The notes beneath the pieces were generated by a model. That model was not told the origin of the DNA. It did no database searches and saw only the letters and a list, made by a program, of their open reading frames with translations. A stretch of 64,000 bases of DNA from Perkinsus olseni (taxonomy: Eukaryota): contig JABANN010000094.1 of assembly GCA_013115125.1 (NCBI GenBank), positions 1-64,000 on the forward strand, in the 5' to 3' direction. Both the position numbers and the translations under genes were made by a program. This document shows positions 37,753-49,286 of the stretch, piece after piece (within the stretch, counting starts at the first letter, position 1; each line of letters starts with the position of its first letter).

Positions 37753-39658
37753 CTAATATCCCTTCATATTCATCAGTGGCTTCAACTTATGCACGACCTC
37801 CACCAGGTCCTCCTGGTTTACCATCACCTCCTTGAGGTCCTTGTAGGCCACTGGCGCCTCGTCACGTACCTGAAGTGTATCGCATTGTGGATGAACGCTC
37901 AGCCGACCTCACCAGTTTTGCCGCGTTACTGTCCCAGATGATTCCCTCCATCATTTCGTTGAGCTCGTCCACCCCGACCACACGCTTGGCGGCATTACGG
38001 CTGAGCTTACGACCAGCGCCATGAGAGCCTGAGCGGCAGCTAACAGAAAACCCAGTGAATCTTAGTGCCGCGCGAGAAGTAGCAAACCCACATGAGCTCC
38101 AGGCCATGCTCTCTCCCTTCCCTCGGGTTATAAAGCTGCCGGTGCCCATGCTGCCGGGTATTATCCCAAGCTGACCTTTTCGAGCCTTGCAAAGAGGAGT
38201 GTCGTGCTACAGTCACTCATTCACAGAGCCTCTCCGAGCACCATGGACGAACAGAGGCGAACAGAGGCCATACCGAGGTCGCTCCTTTTCTCGTTATCCA
38301 CAATTTGTCCCGTAGTATTCTCCCTGATTCTGGGTCCCTATACGTACAGTCTTCACATTCGCAGTAATTATGGTGGATGTTCACCAGGGTGCTCCAATCT
38401 GGCACCTTGCCTGTTAGATCTCGTACAGCGCCTGCCACAGAAGCGATACGTCTGGCGACCACACCTGCACCCGGCCGTTACCAACAAATGAATTCATCAT
38501 GAATTTTCGGTTCTCCATAGCATAAGCTTGGCAAAAATGCATGTCCCGGAGGTAGTTCTGGCCAGCCTCACTGGCGATCGCCAGGTGGGCCAAGTTCTCC
38601 TTCGAAGTACCTGTCTGTCTCGCAGCCAGCCTGAAGTCAGGGGAATTCTCAGCTCTCTCTCTGGGGAATCACGAACGGCCATCACGACCCGAAGCGCTCA
38701 AAATGTTCTTTTATACGTCGAGCCGTACACAGCACCATAAGCTCACCCGTCGTAATATTGGGCAGTGACGTTGCCAATATTTCTACTGCCTGAGTGCAGC
38801 ATGAGCCATATGCTCTCCTCCTCGTCATAAAGAAGTTCAATAAAATGGTTACCGCCACCCAGCGTGCCAATCTGTCTAACGTGACGCTCGCCAATGACCT
38901 AAACCGAGGACCGTTCCCTGGAGCCGCTTCAAGGGTCCTCCTGGTTGACTCACTCTCCTGGTGTGCGCGGTGGGATTGTGCTCTTCCATCAGACGTTTCA
39001 TGGCCCCTCGCATTTCCGGTGATGCCTTCTCGTGGCTGTTGAAGCCTGCCAAGGTTCCAATGGCTCGCAAGAGGAGCGAGGCCGGCCCAGACCTACCGGT
39101 GGGAATCCTCTGCACCAACTGGCCGTGTAATTTCACTAGGAAAGTCTCCGAGAGCCCGAGACGAGTGAGACCGGGGACCTGTCGAGGAACCGCCACAAAG
39201 AGTACCACTGTCGAGGGAAAGTCAGAACGGGCGGAGACACGAGGCGCGGACCTTCACGGCGCACATGCCACAGCCAATGTCAACACCAACAGCATTCGGA
39301 CAGACGAAATCTCGAGATGCAAAGACGCTCCCTATCGTGGCACCTGATAACTGCTCTTCTCTCGTACCGTAACTTCCCCACATCACGGCTCACCTTTGCC
39401 CAGGTGCACGTCGGGCATGGCGGCGACGTATCCGACCACCATACGCGACCGAGAGAGGTTGATCCTGGACAGGCACGAGGCAGCGTGAACGATACAGGCT
39501 CATCGTCTTCGTCGAGCGGCGTGGGCTCACAGCTGTTGCATGGTCTGCTCATCGACGTCATCAGTGTAGAGGTGGACAGGCGTGCCACCGGACGGGCGTA
39601 TAACCCTAGGGAACTTCGGTGAAGCCGACGCTAGGATGGCGCGAGAGCATACCAGCAT
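37753..39658 (-). CDS. rtcB: Bacterial-type RtcB RNA 3'-phosphate/5'-OH ligase with N-terminal presequence-like extension
   Basis: AAMPDVHLGKGATIGSV, AVGVDIGCGM, GTLGGGNHFIE, MLHSGSRNIG, NIHHNY, TRKGA, IIPGSMG, SHGAGRKLSR, DEAPVAYKD, LMNMKG. Confidence 0.93.
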
Positions 39659-41031
39659 ACTGACTGGGGGACTGGGGAAAAACTTCCACGTGGCCCCGCC
39701 ACAAAACTGCCGATCTGTGTTGAGGTACCTCGTCCTCGAGCAGAGTACTCAAGAGCCAACAGCGGAAGAACGGCTCTTCTACTTCGGCGATGCGGAGGAC
39801 ACCGGGCAGCGCAACGCCCTTTAATGTAAAACATTAAGAACGACGAATTGGGTCATCATGTTGAACAGAGAGGCCAGGCTCCTGACCCCTGCGGGATGAC
39901 CATGATCTCCTAGAGCTGACCAGTAGCAAGGACGATGTCCACGCTGGTGCAGTCTGCCCTGTACTCTCGATAGTGCCCAACCACCAGCCAGCTGGGCAGC
40001 TCCCAGCAGTTGCGCACCTCCACGTCCGTCCCCTCAGCGACCAAGCCTGTCAGACGGCTTAGTTGGTTCCCTCCGCCCGTTATCAACACATGCTGGCCTT
40101 TCTCGAACCCAATCCACATCCCTTCGCCAAGGACGTAGGAGGCGACCCGCCCGCTCACGTCCACCCACTCGCGGTCGACGGTCATGAGACGACTTGGAAA
40201 TTTCCAACCTCCTGGCAGAGTGAGAGGGGTTTCTAGATCTCGTCTTCTATGGAACTTGCGGCCAGGCAGCAGCCCTTGCCAGCAGAGCTGACAACCCGTA
40301 GGCAGTCCGAACTCTCGCCTCGAGCCAGGCAGTTGATCCTGATCGACTACTAACAGCCCAGCCTTAGCCCTGCCTCCTACGACCGACTTCACGATCGCGC
40401 GGACCTGAGTTTTCACGGAGACAACCTCGTCCCCCACCAGCACATCTTCAGGGCATGTGCTGCTAGCCCCGGCCACGCTGCGACCTGCGCCGTCGAGGCC
40501 GACGTATAGAACGGGGAATCTTCGTACGACCGAGAACTCGAGCACTTCATCAGAATCATCTATGGGGAGACCCGCCTCCAGCGCGTCCAACTCACTGGCG
40601 GTGATATCTTCTTCGGCATGGGTCGGTAGGGGTTGGTCGTTGACCTGCAGGTCGTCGAACATCTCCAGTTTTCGCCTCTTCCCGAGCGGTCGCGGTAACG
40701 TCTCAATAGTTCGGTGGTCGACTTCCCCGGTCTGCCGGACATCATCAGCTTCAGTGGCGTCGCCGGACTCGTTCGACGATGGCTTGGGGCGGAGCAGGGG
40801 TGCCTCGAATGAGAGTAGGTTGTCCCTTGCCGGCCGCTTCTAAAAGGGACGACAGTATCGTGTCCGAACAATGTATGCTGCGATGCTCACGCTGGGTGCT
40901 TTGAGTAGGGCCTCGGTGGTTTCCTCGCCCAGCATCCGGGCGGCCTTGGACAGGGCTGCCTTCGATACCGGCTCCAGGGACTTGCCGCCCGCTGTCAATA
41001 GCAAAGGGATTTCGCCACGGCCGGCTGCCAT
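39605..41031 (-). CDS. Hypothetical protein with an N-terminal BRC-repeat-like motif (BRCA2-like?); 3' end uncertain
   Basis: LLTAGGKSLEPVSKAALSKAARMLGE, then an acidic linker and a beta-rich C-terminal region. Confidence 0.5.
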
Positions 41032-41338
41032 TCGAAACGCGGTTTCCTTTCACCCAATCTCATCCGTCTAAACACTAAGGAGGCCCGCCGACTGTCATGG
41101 TGACAGTGTCACCACCTGGCCATCGGCGGGCTTCCGAAAACCTCTGTCTCGCCCATTTGAGCGGCTAAGCACCGTTCTCGGAGTGATTGAGCACCCTCAC
41201 GCTCTGACTGGTTACTCGCAAACTCGACACATCATCCCAAGGGAGAAAAAAGACACAGTCGCTTGGTGAGATAATAATAAATCGCTAAGGATAAGCCTCG
41301 AGAACAAATGCTATTCAATGGCCATTGGAGATCCAAAC

Positions 41339-43744
41339 TCAGCCCTTGACCACTGCGATGGGGCGCATCTTGACGACCTTGCTGGATATGCCCGCCTGGT
41401 GACACGTGTTAACCACTGCGGTGACATCCTTATACGACTCCGGTGCCTCCTCCACGATCAGCTTCGGCGATGCAACACGCATGCTCACACCCTGAAACAA
41501 CAGCCTGAATCGGGAACCCCGCTCACAATTTTCTGCATCGCCCAGGTTCGGCGCCCCACCCCACCGGGGAGGAGAAGGTCGATACTCACCCTGTCCGCCA
41601 GCTCTGATGTGACATGGTCATAGTCGAGTTTGCGGCGACTCCCACTCCTGCTAAGGACTCTTCCAGCGCCATGGCAAGTACTCGAGAACGTCTCTTTCTG
41701 GAGAATAACCAGGATACACAATTTGCTAGTCCCGCCTCCCCCTACCTCTCCTGTGTGAGTGCCGACCAGCACATACGAACAGGTACCCATCGACCCACCG
41801 ATCAGGACAGGCTCTCCAATACTCTGAAATTAGGGAGAAATGCTCGCCGCAGCGCCGCGAGGAATCGACTCTGTCACCTGATAGTCACTGGCCACGAGGG
41901 GATGGTTGGGCGGGAAGGCTCGAGTGGCCCCCTTACGATGTACTAGAAGCTGCTTCACGGCACCATCGACCAGCTAACGAAAAAATCCGACCATCTAGCA
42001 AAGATGGCCAACTCCCGTACATGCTCCTCCAACTTGGCCGTGTTGTGCGATATGTCATAAACGACATGCATGTCCAGATCATCAGCATCTTGCTTGAAGA
42101 CCTGTAATGGGACGGATACGACCACTCGGCTGTGGCGGGCCGGAATCTAACCTTGCTGAAGGCCTGTCTCGCCATGAAGGTGATGGTGCTGCGGTTGACC
42201 CAGGCGAAGTTGGCCGCGGCTGCCATGGATCTGAGGTACAGCTGGCCCTCCTCGGAGTGGATAGGGGCACATGACAGCTGCGGGTCGTTGAGATGGATCG
42301 GATTCTGACCAGGCAAGGGCATGCCGGATGAGCCCTAGTGTTGCACCAACCTTCCTAGTCATCGCGGCCTTGCACATAAGCTGCAGGGCATCCGTTGCCA
42401 CTTGATGGCCCAGGCCTCGGCTACCGCTGTGCATCATCAGGCACACCTACAACCACTCCCCTATACGGCATTATTAGGAGAAGGCCCACTCACCTGGCCC
42501 TGCCGCTCCAGTCCTAGCTGCTTGGCCGCGTACTTGTCGTAGATCTCGTCAACGACCTAAATACTAATACATCCGCCTCCCATACAGAAAAGTACGGGGG
42601 AGGCCCACCTGCACTTCAGCATAGTGGTTGCCAGCTCCCAGAGTCCCCAGCTGCGGCACGCCTCGGATCATTGCCCTCCTCGATACCTGAGGACGGTGGC
42701 CATACCGCTCACCAGGGCAAGCCTAGACTGTTACTTCGGAGGCATTGGCATTGAGGAGCCGTCCTTGCTCCTCACAGTGGTACTTGTCCTCCACCCAGCT
42801 GTAGCCCTCACGCACCGACCAGTCCATGCCGTATTGCTGCACGTAAAAAGGTCGAGACGCGAGGAGACACTCAACAGCAACATCTCACCAGAGCCTCTCT
42901 GAGCGTATCCTGATTCACCGGCACGACACCCTCCGAGCCAACCCCAACGGGTATGCAGTCGTACAGAGCCTGGACAAGCTGCTCCTTCACAGGTTCCACG
43001 TCGCTTAGGGTAAGATTGGTCCTGACTTAGTTGGCAGTGACAAAGACAGGGAGCGAGGCCTCGGCACCTCAGCAACCTCACACCGCAGTTGATATCGAAA
43101 CCGACTCCTCCTGGTGACACGATGGCCCGGGGGTTTGAAGCATCGACTGAAACGAAGAACGGTGGTTGAAGGCTAGCCACTGGTCCTGGTTTACATGCTG
43201 CAACAGATCCAACAGCAAAGCCGTAGCCACTGTGAATGTCAGGGAGGCCGATGGCGTTGCCGACGATTCCTGAGAGACCCAGGGTGCTCGCGGAAATGCA
43301 ACTCAACACCCTACCTGGCAAAGACGCGACATTCCCCAGCTGCTTCAAGGCTGGTAGAAATCCTGCCTCCCCCGCCGGTCGAACCGAGTACCGCCTGAGA
43401 TAACATCCTCGTCGCTTCCTGACTCCCAAGTTTCTCACAACAACGTGCGACCACTACGACAAGCCTCGCTGTGACTGGTTACCGGTACGCTAGCCGCCCG
43501 CCCTCAGTGCTTTCCGGCGCGCCCCGGACGCCCACTGCCCACATTACTGTAGTTCGTCCATCACAGCCGGCATGATCTTCTCATTGGCATAAAACTTGAC
43601 CGGCACATTCATGTTCTCCACGAAGCCTTTGTCAATGTGCCACCGCGGGGACTCCATTCTTGATATGAACTTTTTGTCCTCCTCGAAGGGCCTCCGTACG
43701 ACTGGTGACGCTGATGATGATGATGATGATGATGATGATGACAT
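41339..43744 (-). CDS. RTCB: Eukaryotic/archaeal-type tRNA-splicing ligase RTCB (HSPC117-like)
   Basis: [107 protein letters not shown]. Confidence 0.95.
43713..43741. repeat. (TGA)n microsatellite encoding the N-terminal poly-Ser of RTCB
   Basis: Read directly from the sequence. Confidence 0.9.
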
Positions 43745-44051
43745 TGTATTCAACAACAACAACAACCACCTCCTCCAACTTCCAAGCACAATCGCCCTGG
43801 TTTCACCATAGACAAGTTTCAGCCCTTTCCAGGCTAGGAGGGACTCAGGAGGCTCACAGCCACCTTAAACGCAACAGGCCGCTTGGGACAATTCAGAAAA
43901 ATCATTTTCAAGTCGGGATCTCTGGGCGTTCCATTATGGACGACGCGCGAGGTATTCAAAACTGTGATTGGTAGTTGAGATAAGAGCGACCCATCACGCC
44001 CGCGCACCACCCCGACCATCCCTCAGAAGGGCTCGTCCAGCATCGTAGATC

Positions 44052-44720
44052 TTAGGTGGTATAAACCCGGCAGGCTGTTCTCACGAGGGACTTGCAGACC
44101 AGACAGGTACTCAACACCTCCGGCGCCTCCAGCCTAATCTGACCGTAGCATTCACGGCATAAGATCATGTGGCCACACGGGACCAGCACAACCTCCGCTC
44201 GGCGATGGAGACAGATGACACAACGGCCATGCTTCTTCTTTGTTTCCGAGGAGCTCTCGTCCTCCGAACTAGCTAGCTGCTTCTCCCATTTTTCCTGGTC
44301 TCCCGCAGGTTGTGCAGCATCATTCCAGCCCTCAACATCGAGCACGCTGGTGATGAATCGCCCGCCATGAACATGGGCCAGTGGCCGTCTAATAAGGTTG
44401 TATATAACCATTCGGGACTTGGCCTCCCACTTGGGGGGCCTCAGGCGTCGATTCATCTCGGTGATGTCGCATTCGATTTCGGGAAGGTGGCCAGGCCTCA
44501 TGCCCGCCCACCGACGGGCCACTCGGTAGCCCCAGTCGGCATACCGCTCCTGTACTTCACTAGGTGCGCTCTTCCACCAGAAGAAGTAGCCCAGTATCAC
44601 CACTATCGGCATCAACGCTTGGGCCATGAGCAACAAGCCGTCCCACGCCAAGGATGGATAGAATAGGAGGTCCTGAAGGGGACCACAACCGCTTACCGTC
44701 AGAACGGCAGTTACATTCAA
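44052..44720 (-). CDS. Membrane-anchored C3HC4 RING-finger protein (start uncertain)
   Basis: TM segment LMPIVVILGYFFWW; CVICLHRRAEVVLVPCGHMILCREC..CLVC. Confidence 0.8.
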   Translation of the reverse strand: MNVTAVLTVSGCGPLQDLLFYPSLAWDGLLLMAQALMPIVVILGYFFWWKSAPSEVQERYADWGYRVARRWAGMRPGHLPEIECDITEMNRRLRPPKWEAKSRMVIYNLIRRPLAHVHGGRFITSVLDVEGWNDAAQPAGDQEKWEKQLASSEDESSSETKKKHGRCVICLHRRAEVVLVPCGHMILCRECYGQIRLEAPEVLSTCLVCKSLVRTACRVYTT

Positions 44721-44950
44721 TGCAGGGCATCAGCTAGGCGTATGCATGCACGCCTTCGGCGTACAGTCCGACAACCGTAGGTACGAGGGTGGCGTTCTCT
44801 CGCCATGCGTACATGCATTCTTCCCCGAGGCGTGTGAATTTGGCGGGGAAAACACGGGTTTTCACAGTGTTATCGCCGATCTAGACGTCTTAAATCCTCA
44901 TCTTCCTCTCTGAGGCGTCAACTCCCGCGATTCTAGATGAACCCTCGTGT

Positions 44951-45709
44951 TCATCCAAGACTGCAGTCTCGAGAAACGAGGATCATCTTGATGCCGAACG
45001 AGGTGGAAATGCCAATGATACTGAAGCACTTCGTGCGGGTCACCACTATGCGGCGAAGAGATCCCCCTCTTATCCCCCTTATTACTTGCAGGGGGTCAGG
45101 CAAGAAGGTGAAGATGGCGCATCTGACCGCGCATTCCCTAGCCGTCCAGTCCAGCTCCTGCATTAGTTCCCCCATGGACCTGATTCTGAGTAGACTGATG
45201 ACCCATATGAAGTCATGGACTGCCACTGTGGCCAGGGAGTAGAGCAAGACCACAGCTAGCAACGCGTTTGTGATGAATAAAGGGAAAACATACGGTAGGA
45301 GCTGGAAGTGCGGGGCCAGCAGTACCCCCGGCCAGTACCATGCCGGATGGAAGGAGATCTCGGGAATCGTCCAGTGAGGGGACACTTCAATCAGCGGTAA
45401 GATGGTGTCCTCGTACTCAAAAAGGAAGAGGTATATGAAGTGACTCCGTAGGCAAGGCAGCAAGTATATTAACCTCAGAATCTTCCGCCGGCCCGGACCC
45501 GTCAGCCACCCGCTGGTGCCATTGATGTACCAAAGCTCAATGCCGTGGGACTGCAGCGCGTCCGAAATCACCTGGTACACGGCTGAGTTGCGATGGTCCT
45601 GGTAGCCGTAGAAGTCAACCCCTCCTGGGCCAGCGAAGGCAAGGCTTGGAGTGACCAGTACCGAGGGGAAGGCAAGGAGGAGAAGGATGCTCCATAGGCT
45701 GGCCATTAA
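44951..45709 (-). CDS. Hypothetical membrane protein with signal peptide
   Basis: MASLWSILLLLAFPSVLV.. and several hydrophobic segments in the 267-aa ORF. Confidence 0.5.
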   Translation of the reverse strand, partial: LMASLWSILLLLAFPSVLVTPSLAFAGPGGVDFYGYQDHRNSAVYQVISDALQSHGIELWYINGTSGWLTGPGRRKILRLIYLLPCLRSHFIYLFLFEYEDTILPLIEVSPHWTIPEISFHPAWYWPGVLLAPHFQLLPYVFPLFITNALLAVVLLYSLATVAVHDFIWVISLLRIRSMGELMQELDWTARECAVRCAIFTFLPDPLQVIRGIRGGSLRRIVVTRTKCFSIIGISTSFGIKMILVSRDCSLG

Positions 45710-45797
45710 CCATACCGCTGTCAACGCAGAGCGGCTACTTCCATTAACACTCAAGTACGCAAGGAAAGGGGGGGGGGGCTGAAACAGCGGGAACGGT

Positions 45798-47029
<1,232 letters not shown>

Positions 47030-47755
47030 CTTCCCAGTGAGTCCCCACAACTAGATCAACACAAGCCCGGTGAGGATTGAAATAGACTTCGCGACTGACG
47101 ATGATGACATATGACAGTTGCAATACCTTCAAAAGTAATATGCCGCTGTGTCACAAGGGACATCGTCCTCTTCAAAAGCGAACGACTACAACAATGAAAC
47201 CTGAGCTTTTTGAGCTCTTCCACGATTCGTGCTGCACGAAGGAGGACGCTTAGGAGACTTCAATGTCACGCCGCCGCTCAGTTGGCATACAGTATATAAT
47301 ACCGTCTTTTTGTTGCGTGAAAGAGGCACCGTTTTGGATTGCGCTTTATCGAATACACTACTGATCCGAAGACGCTTTTCCCCCTCATGAACCAACGGAA
47401 TGATGATCCCAATGGAACCGACAATGGTTCACAACCTAGTACAATACTTGCTGCTGTTACAGTTTAAGATATAATGATCGAACCAATGATAATAATGCAT
47501 AAGTATGTTACAAAAACTGCGACGACGATGACGACGACTACGGCGGTGCTCAACGACATCACACAAACAACCGTGTACAATGATGTTGACTCTGGTCATT
47601 GCTAGCGAAAAATACTTCTAACGACAACGTTAGAGTACCGCAGCAGCGGAGGGGTTAGAGAAATTGTCAGACCGGCCGCCGGCCTCGAAGGAGGAATGAC
47701 AGCTCACGAGGAGTCCAATCAGCCACCGATACTAAGAGTTAAGTTGATGCACACT

Positions 47756-48595
47756 TTAGACAGCTGAACCACTGGTAATAACATGGCTCTGTTCTCTTGA
47801 TAATGGCATCACGGAGGAAGTCCACAGATCTACACCAGAATTGCCCTTATTGTTGTTGTTAAGGTCACCAAACGAGATTGCTGAGGTATCCGTGGAAGTG
47901 TTGGTTTTGGCACCGCTCAGGTCGTCCACCTCGCTCATCCCACGTTCATCTTGTTGAAGTAGACCAACAGCTGGTAGAGCTGGAAGACTCGAAATACCCT
48001 CGACAACTCCACGGGTAGCAAACGAGGGCATTTGAGCAATCCCCGTATTAGATGAAATTATCGTCGGTTCCCCAAATGCGTGTCGATCTCCCTGAATTGT
48101 GTTGTAGGTTCCCTGCATCGGCCCCGAAATGAGCGCCATCGGCGAGGGCCTATCAGTGGTAGTAGCGTTCTCGTATTTGGCGAGACGTCTCCGCAGCTCA
48201 TTACGCTCCATGAGAATGTCAGCCAGCTGCTTCCTCGCCACTTCCAGAGCCGTCCGAGTCGCCCTGAGCTGCGTTTCGTATGCAGTCGACTCCAGCTTTC
48301 GCTTTTCCCTAACCCTATGCGCCGACTCTCTGTTCAATTGGCGCTTCCGGGCGCGCTTCAGAGCGACGAGCTGCTCCCGCGGCATGTTAGAATCATAAAC
48401 CATACGTACTCGCCTCCCTGGAAAGTCATGAAAGGGCATCTGCTCCCGCAAGAAGGACTCCTCCCCTAAACCAGACATGCCAGCCCCGCCAGCTATCATC
48501 CCATGGCCCGAAGAGCTAGAAGATCGCGACGACGCACCCATCACAGTGGAAGACATACCGCCGCTCACCACGGGGAAAGAGAAGTCGAAAGACAT
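47756..48595 (-). CDS. bZIP transcription factor (intronless)
   Basis: Basic region KRARKRQLNRESAHRVREKRK followed by Leu heptads. Confidence 0.85.
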   Translation of the reverse strand: MSFDFSFPVVSGGMSSTVMGASSRSSSSSGHGMIAGGAGMSGLGEESFLREQMPFHDFPGRRVRMVYDSNMPREQLVALKRARKRQLNRESAHRVREKRKLESTAYETQLRATRTALEVARKQLADILMERNELRRRLAKYENATTTDRPSPMALISGPMQGTYNTIQGDRHAFGEPTIISSNTGIAQMPSFATRGVVEGISSLPALPAVGLLQQDERGMSEVDDLSGAKTNTSTDTSAISFGDLNNNNKGNSGVDLWTSSVMPLSREQSHVITSGSAV

Positions 48596-49007
48596 GACTT
48601 GGTAAAATGGCAACTTACAATGGACACGCGTGTGAACAAAAATCTCATTCGCGCTCGCCAGTCTAATCGATTTGCGCGCGATGTATGGGACATGTAGCAC
48701 TCTAAAAGCGGCACTTCCCTTTAACACAGTGAGAGTAAACCTCATGGTGTAAGGCCCACTACTTCAACCATTAAGTCTCATCGCAATAACGGAAAACACT
48801 TTCTGCGTCATGAGGGTACGAAGCACTGTAGGAATTCCGTAGGGCTTGTCTACGTAAGTGTTTGTCCCTATTGATGCTCGATCAGTTAGTTAGGTATAGA
48901 TTGTCCCCCTCTGTAAATGCGTGCAGATGGTCTCCTGTGCTAGCGAGCTAGCGTGGGATGTTCTACTTATCATGAGCCTCGAGTATTGGGCGTCGGTAGC
49001 TCTTAAG

Positions 49008-49088
49008 TCCGTAGCCATCTTGGCTCAAGGTCTCAGTGTACGTTCGGTTGACGCATCTCTTTAGCTATGTCGGGTCGTGTTGACTCCA
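49008..49088 (+). ncRNA. Spliced-leader (SL) RNA gene, Perkinsus type; exon 49008-49029, 3' end approximate
   Basis: TCCGTAGCCATCTTGGCTCAAG matches the perkinsid/dinoflagellate 22-nt SL; it is immediately followed by GT and two plausible stem-loops. Confidence 0.8.
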
Positions 49089-49286
49089 GTAACCATCCAG
49101 AGGCATCGAACAGCAACATAGTGGCGACACCGGCAGGATCTACTAGCCTCCAGAGTCTGAAGTCCGCCCGAAGAACGGCGAAAGAGAGAGGCATCGAACA
49201 GCAAAATCCCCTTCGTCCAACTACGCATACCAACACCACTCAGGGCTGCAGAGAAAACAAATGCAACTTCGTAGCAAATCATCGAC

